64,000 bases of DNA from the human T2T-CHM13v2.0 reference genome, Homo sapiens: the NCBI RefSeq assembly GCF_009914755.1, contig NC_060944.1. One strand, written 5' to 3'. The position numbers were made by a program, and so were the translations under genes. Of the stretch, positions 58,540 to 64,000 are shown piece by piece. Each line of letters opens with the position of its first letter. The stretch's first letter is position 1. The notes beneath the pieces were generated by a model. The model was not told where the DNA came from. It was given only the letters and a program-made list of their open reading frames with translations, and ran no database searches.

Positions 58540-59750
58540 GTACTTCTAAATGATGTCTCTTCCCTGGGAAAAAGAAGAGAGAACTAATGGCAAGATATGA
58601 GGAATAGGGTGGATGTGTCCAGAAAATTAAGGAAGGTGAATGGAAGAACGTTTTATTTCTGGGCACAACTTCCTAATTTTCTTTTCTGTTTTTTATGTAT
58701 TTGAAGAGGAGACTTCCATAGGAAATGCCACATGAAACAAGATGGTGCAGTCAAGAGTCCACAAGTGCAGTGGTGGCTGCAGAGTAGAGGTGGAGCCCGG
58801 GCAACTCATTCAGTCAGAGCAGACTCCTGGGAGGATGTGTGCCTCATTGGGTCCCCAACCCCAATCTCCAACTTATTTAAAAAAAAATTATTTTCTTTAG
58901 GGTCGTTTTAGGTACAAGCAAAATTGAGCAGAAAGTGCAGAGCATTCCCATATTACCTCCTGCTCCCATACACCCACAGTTTACAGCTTCCCTGTGTCAA
59001 TATCCCATACATAATGATTCATTTGTTACAACTAATGAGTCTACATTGACACATCATTATTAGGGCTCAAGCTTGCTGTTGTGCAGTCTGTGGGTTTTGA
59101 CAAACAGATGAGAATGTGTGTCTATCATAGTATCACACAGAATAGTTTGACTACCCTAAAAATCTGTGCTTCTCCTATTCTTCACTCCCTTTTCCCTAAC
59201 TGCTGGCAACCACTGATCTTTTGACTGTCTCCATAGTTTTGCCTTTTCTAGAGTGTCACATAGTTGGTATCATACAGTAGTATGATTCTAGACCTTTTCA
59301 GCAGATAGAGCTAGGAAAATTTTTCCTTATAAGTTTAAATTGCCACCTCTGTTTTTAATATAACACTACAGGATTCTTTTTCTCTTATTCCATACTTATA
59401 TCTCCCTTCTCCTGTGGTGAGAACCCTGATTCCCAGCAGCATCAATGTATTTACTTATTTATTTGATCCTAGAATACACACAAATATTTTCTGAATTGCT
59501 ACATCAGTGCCTACCAAGAACAAACCTATTAAGTAAAGTTCCAAATGACTTATTTCCAGTTCTTTTTGTCTTTTAACTATGTTCCACAAAAGATGTAGGC
59601 AGAGTAGTGTGTTCCAAAGGTACTTAGATTAGTGCTTGTTTTTAAAATCAGTATAATGAAATTATCTGTTTTATATATAGTTAAGCTGATTTATGTCTGC
59701 TTTATTCCATTATAGGGATTTTCCCCCCATCTTCATTGACCTCCTCAGGG

Positions 59751-60315
<565 letters not shown>

Positions 60316-60669
60316 ACCCTCAGAGTTTTAGAGTGAGCTTGGCATCACTATAAATGCACAGTTATCAAACCTTAACCGAACCTCAGAACTGCCCAGAAAC
60401 CCTGTTGCATTTAATAGTATCTAATCAGCAATACCCTCTTTGAACCTATTCCAGTCCTCACAGACTTTCAAACCACTGGCCTCCACATTCTGGCCACTCC
60501 TCATTTCTCCTCCCCTCTTCCATGCAGCTTCTGTGTGAGGAGGTCTTTTACATATTCCCCTCCTGCATGCCACCCTCCAGTGTATTTCCCACGCAGCAGT
60601 TGGACCAGTCTTTCAGACATAGATCAGATCATAGTTAACAACTCTGGCTTAAAACCCTTCAGTGATGCT

Positions 60670-61378
60670 GCTTCACACCCATTACGATGGGTAGTATCAG
60701 AATAACCAGAAAATAAACAAGCGTTGTCAAGGATGTGGAGAAATTGGAACTCTTGTGCACTCTTGGGAATGTAAAATGGTGCAGCCACTATGGAAAACAA
60801 TATGACAGTTCTTCAAAAAATTACCGTATAATCCTGCATGTCCACTTCCGGGCATATACCCAAAAGAATTGAAAGTAGGTCTTGAAAAGATATTTGTACA
60901 CCCATGTTCGTAGAAGCATTATTCACAGTAGCCAAAAGGTGAAAGCAGCTTGGCTGTCCATTGATAAGATGAATGGATGAACAAAATTTGGTATGTAAAT
61001 ACAGTAGAATATTATTCGGCTTTAAAAAGGAAGGAAATTCTGGCCCGTGCTACAACATGGATGAACCTTGAAGACATTATACTAAATTAAATAAGCCATT
61101 CACAAAAGGACAAATTCTGTGTGATTCTATTAAAAGTACCTAGATTAGTCAAATTTGTAGAGACAGACAGTGGATGGTGGTTGCCAGATACTGGGGCAAG
61201 AGGGGAATAGGAAGGGGAGTTAGTGATTAATGGGTACAGAGTTTGTTTTGCAAAATGAAAAGAGATCTGGAGATGGATGGTAGGTGATTGCACAACAGTG
61301 TTAATGTACTTAACAGTACTGAACACTTAAAAATGGTTAAGATGGTAAATTTTATGCATATTTTACCACAGTTAAAAG
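60670..61378 (+). mobile_element. L1MA/MB 3' end
   Basis: ggatgtggagaaattggaac...tgctacaacatggatgaaccttgaagacattat...aatggttaagatggtaaattttatg. Confidence 0.88.
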
Positions 61379-61667
61379 TCTTTAGGGAATACTCATTGCT
61401 GTTAGGATAAAGAGCACAATCCTTGATGAGGCCTTAAAGCATTCACCCCTTCAATCTCACCTTGTACTGCCTTCCCCGCATCCCTGTGCTTCAGCCACAG
61501 TGTCATTCTTCTGCCCTCTTCAGACCTCTTCCCTCTGTCTAAAGTGCTCTCCCTGACCTCACGTAGCCAACTCCTGTTTATCTTTTGGTTACCGATTTAA
61601 ACGTCAGTTCCTTAGAGAAGCTTCCTCTGGCCCCCAGGCTTACAGCTTCAAAACATTTTAGTAAAAT

Positions 61668-61885
61668 GTTTTTTTTGGAGTCAGGTTTCCCTCTGTTGCC
61701 CAGGCAGGCTGGAGTACAGTGGCACAATCAGCTCACTTATAAACAGGCCAAGCAGCCTCAACCTACTGGGCTCAAGTGACCCTCCCACCTGAGCCTCCCA
61801 AATAATTGGGTCTACAGGCATGTGCCACCATGCCCAGCCAGTTTTTTATTTTTTGTAGAGATGAGGTCTTTGCTGTGTTGCCCTG
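61668..61885 (-). mobile_element. AluJ, partial
   Basis: Degenerate antisense Alu. Confidence 0.8.
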
Positions 61886-62020
61886 GATCAAAACATCATT
61901 TTTTAAGCATTTAATCCATCAGATATTTTACATTTACCTTCTTAGGGTTGGTCTTCCCTCCTTGCCTGTGATCTCCTTGAGGGCAGGGTTTGGGTGTCTT
62001 CTGCATGCAATAGACAAAGG

Positions 62021-62120
62021 GAGGGAAGGGGAAGTGAGCCAGGCCTGGCCGGCAGAATGCTGCGCCTCTGAGGAAAGGGGGAAGTGAGCCAGGCCTGGCC
62101 GGCAGAATGCCGCGCCTCTG
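62021..62120 (+). repeat. 2 x 50-bp tandem duplication in PSMF1 intron 3
   Basis: GAAGTGAGCCAGGCCTGGCCGGCAGAATGC[T/C]GCGCCTCTG at 62031 and 62081. Confidence 0.95.
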
Positions 62121-63272
62121 GGTGTTGCACACTCCCTGACACCCTGGCCCCTCTTAGTGGGTAAGGGAGGGACATTTGGAGTGTGGTCTCTTGACTTCTT
62201 CACTCTGGACTTCCACTGGGAGAGAAATTGACAAAACCTGTGGAAGAACCTAGGAATTATATTGGCCATTCATGCTCATTAGAGCATTCCGTCTGTTCAG
62301 CAATACTGAAAGAGAATTGTGATCCTGTCTCTATTTGTTTTTTAAGTACATTTGTTTGAGGGGTTTGTGTGTGAGGGAGGGGATATGTGTTGTGTTTTGT
62401 TTTGTTTTTTGATTACTGTGAAATGAGGGACACAATAGTACTACCTCAGGGTTTTTCTGAGAATGGAATGAGATGTCAGCACATAGAGTGCTTAGCGCTT
62501 AGTCCAGCTCTTAGTAAAATACACAAAGGGGAAAAAAATGTGATCACCAGGAGTCTTCTCCGTGGAAATGGGCGGTGAAAGCTGAGGTATGGCTCTGCCT
62601 CCTGATCAGAGGCCCTGTCTCCCTCCTATGCCTTTCAGCCATAGCTTCCTCCATGTAGCCCTCTTTATTAGGTCATTGTGGCATGTCTTGCCTCTTCCAG
62701 CAATTTGTGCTCCTCAGTGAGCAAACTGTGATTTGCTAAGAAATATAAACCTATTGTGTTCCATTCTGCTGTACCCTTTCTGTGTCGGATGAGATGGTAG
62801 GCTGTCTTTTGCCACAACCAAAATGGCAGTTGTTCTTTCAAGGCTTAGAAATTGTGTGAGAACTTCTCCTTCAGGACCTGGTGGTTTTTTAATCAGGCCT
62901 GAATTTTACACATGCCTAGGGAGATCAGAGGCCTCCCTCTGATCTGATTAAAAGGAAAGAAGACTTGAATTTACCCTCCCACCCAGCTTGGGCAGGCAAG
63001 CAGCTCATTTTTTACCCATGGATGTCCAATGGCCCCAACATCATTTGTTATTCCTTCATTGAATTACTTTTGAAACTTTGTCAAAAATCAGTTGTCTGTA
63101 CATCTGTGGATCTATCTCTGGATCCCTTGTTCTTTTCCATTGATCTCTATGTCTCTTCCTCTGTCAATATTACTCTATCAGTATTGATTATTGTAGGCCT
63201 TAATATTGAGTAGAATAATTCCTCCCACTTTTTCTTCGTCAAGGTAGTTGTAGCTATTCTAGGTTCTGTGCC

Positions 63273-63605
63273 TTTTCTTTTTTTTCTTTTTTCTTTCTTT
63301 TTTTTTTTCTTTGTTTGAGACAGAGTCTCACTGTGTCTCAAAAAGGCTCAGGCTGGAGTGCAGTGGTGTGATCTTGGCTCACTTCAACCTCTGCCTCCGG
63401 GGTTCAAGTGATTCTCCTGCCTCAACCTTCTGAGTAGCTGGGACTACAGATGCGTGCCACCATGCCTGGCTAATTTTTTGTATTTTTAGTAGAGACGGGG
63501 TTTTACCATGTTAGCCAGGATGGTCTCGATCTCCTGACCTCGTGACCCACCCATCTTAGCCTCCCAAAGTGCTGGGATTACAGACGTGAGCCACCGCACC
63601 TGGCC
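63273..63605 (-). mobile_element. AluS inserted in an antisense L1 fragment
   Basis: TSD TCTGTGCCTTTT on both sides. Confidence 0.93.
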
Positions 63606-64000
63606 TCTGTGCCTTTTCATATAAACTTTAGAGTAAGCTTGTGTATATCTATGAAAAACCTTGCTAGGATTTTGATAGGAGTTGCATTAAACCTATAGAT
63701 TAGTTTGGGGAGAATTGACATTCTTGCTATGAACATGATATATCTTATCTCTCCATTTATTAATATTTAGGTTTTATTTGATTTCCATCAGTATCATTTG
63801 TAATTTTCAACATATAGATCCTGTACATAGCTTGTTATTTGTTTAAAGCAGAAAGGGAGATGATTATGAATGGCATATTCTGTCCTTTGTTTTGGTTTTC
63901 AAATGTTCATTGTTAGTGTGTAGAAATGTAGTTGATTTTCCTGTGTTGAACTCTTCTATCCTGTCACCTTGCTGAATTCAAGGTGTTTAGGGTTTTTTTG

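Overview
Human (primate) genomic DNA. I recognise it as chr20p13: about 44 kb of repeat-dense intergenic sequence, recalled as lying between RSPO4 and PSMF1, followed by the 5' part of PSMF1 (proteasome inhibitor PI31) on the + strand. PSMF1 shows a CpG-island promoter (~49.5-50.1 kb) and coding exons at 49808-49936, 56529-56681 and 58457-58539, and continues beyond the window. Almost every entry in the ORF track is an Alu, L1, LTR or microsatellite artefact. I found no multi-gene novel system. The best non-obvious observations are: (1) an old retrocopy of the GNPTAB 5' end whose homology stops exactly at the end of parental exon 2; (2) a candidate upstream non-coding PSMF1 exon whose last 21 nt are a strong-Kozak uORF ending on the splice donor, followed by (AC)26; (3) a near-perfect 13 x 77-bp VNTR rich in transcription-factor motifs, ending ~3.4 kb upstream of the PSMF1 ATG; (4) a tight TCF/LEF + RUNX + homeodomain motif cluster, a candidate Wnt-responsive enhancer; (5) Cys at PI31 codon 36. 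Repeat subfamily names, repeat boundaries and comparisons with reference sequences come from memory and visual matching, not from searches.
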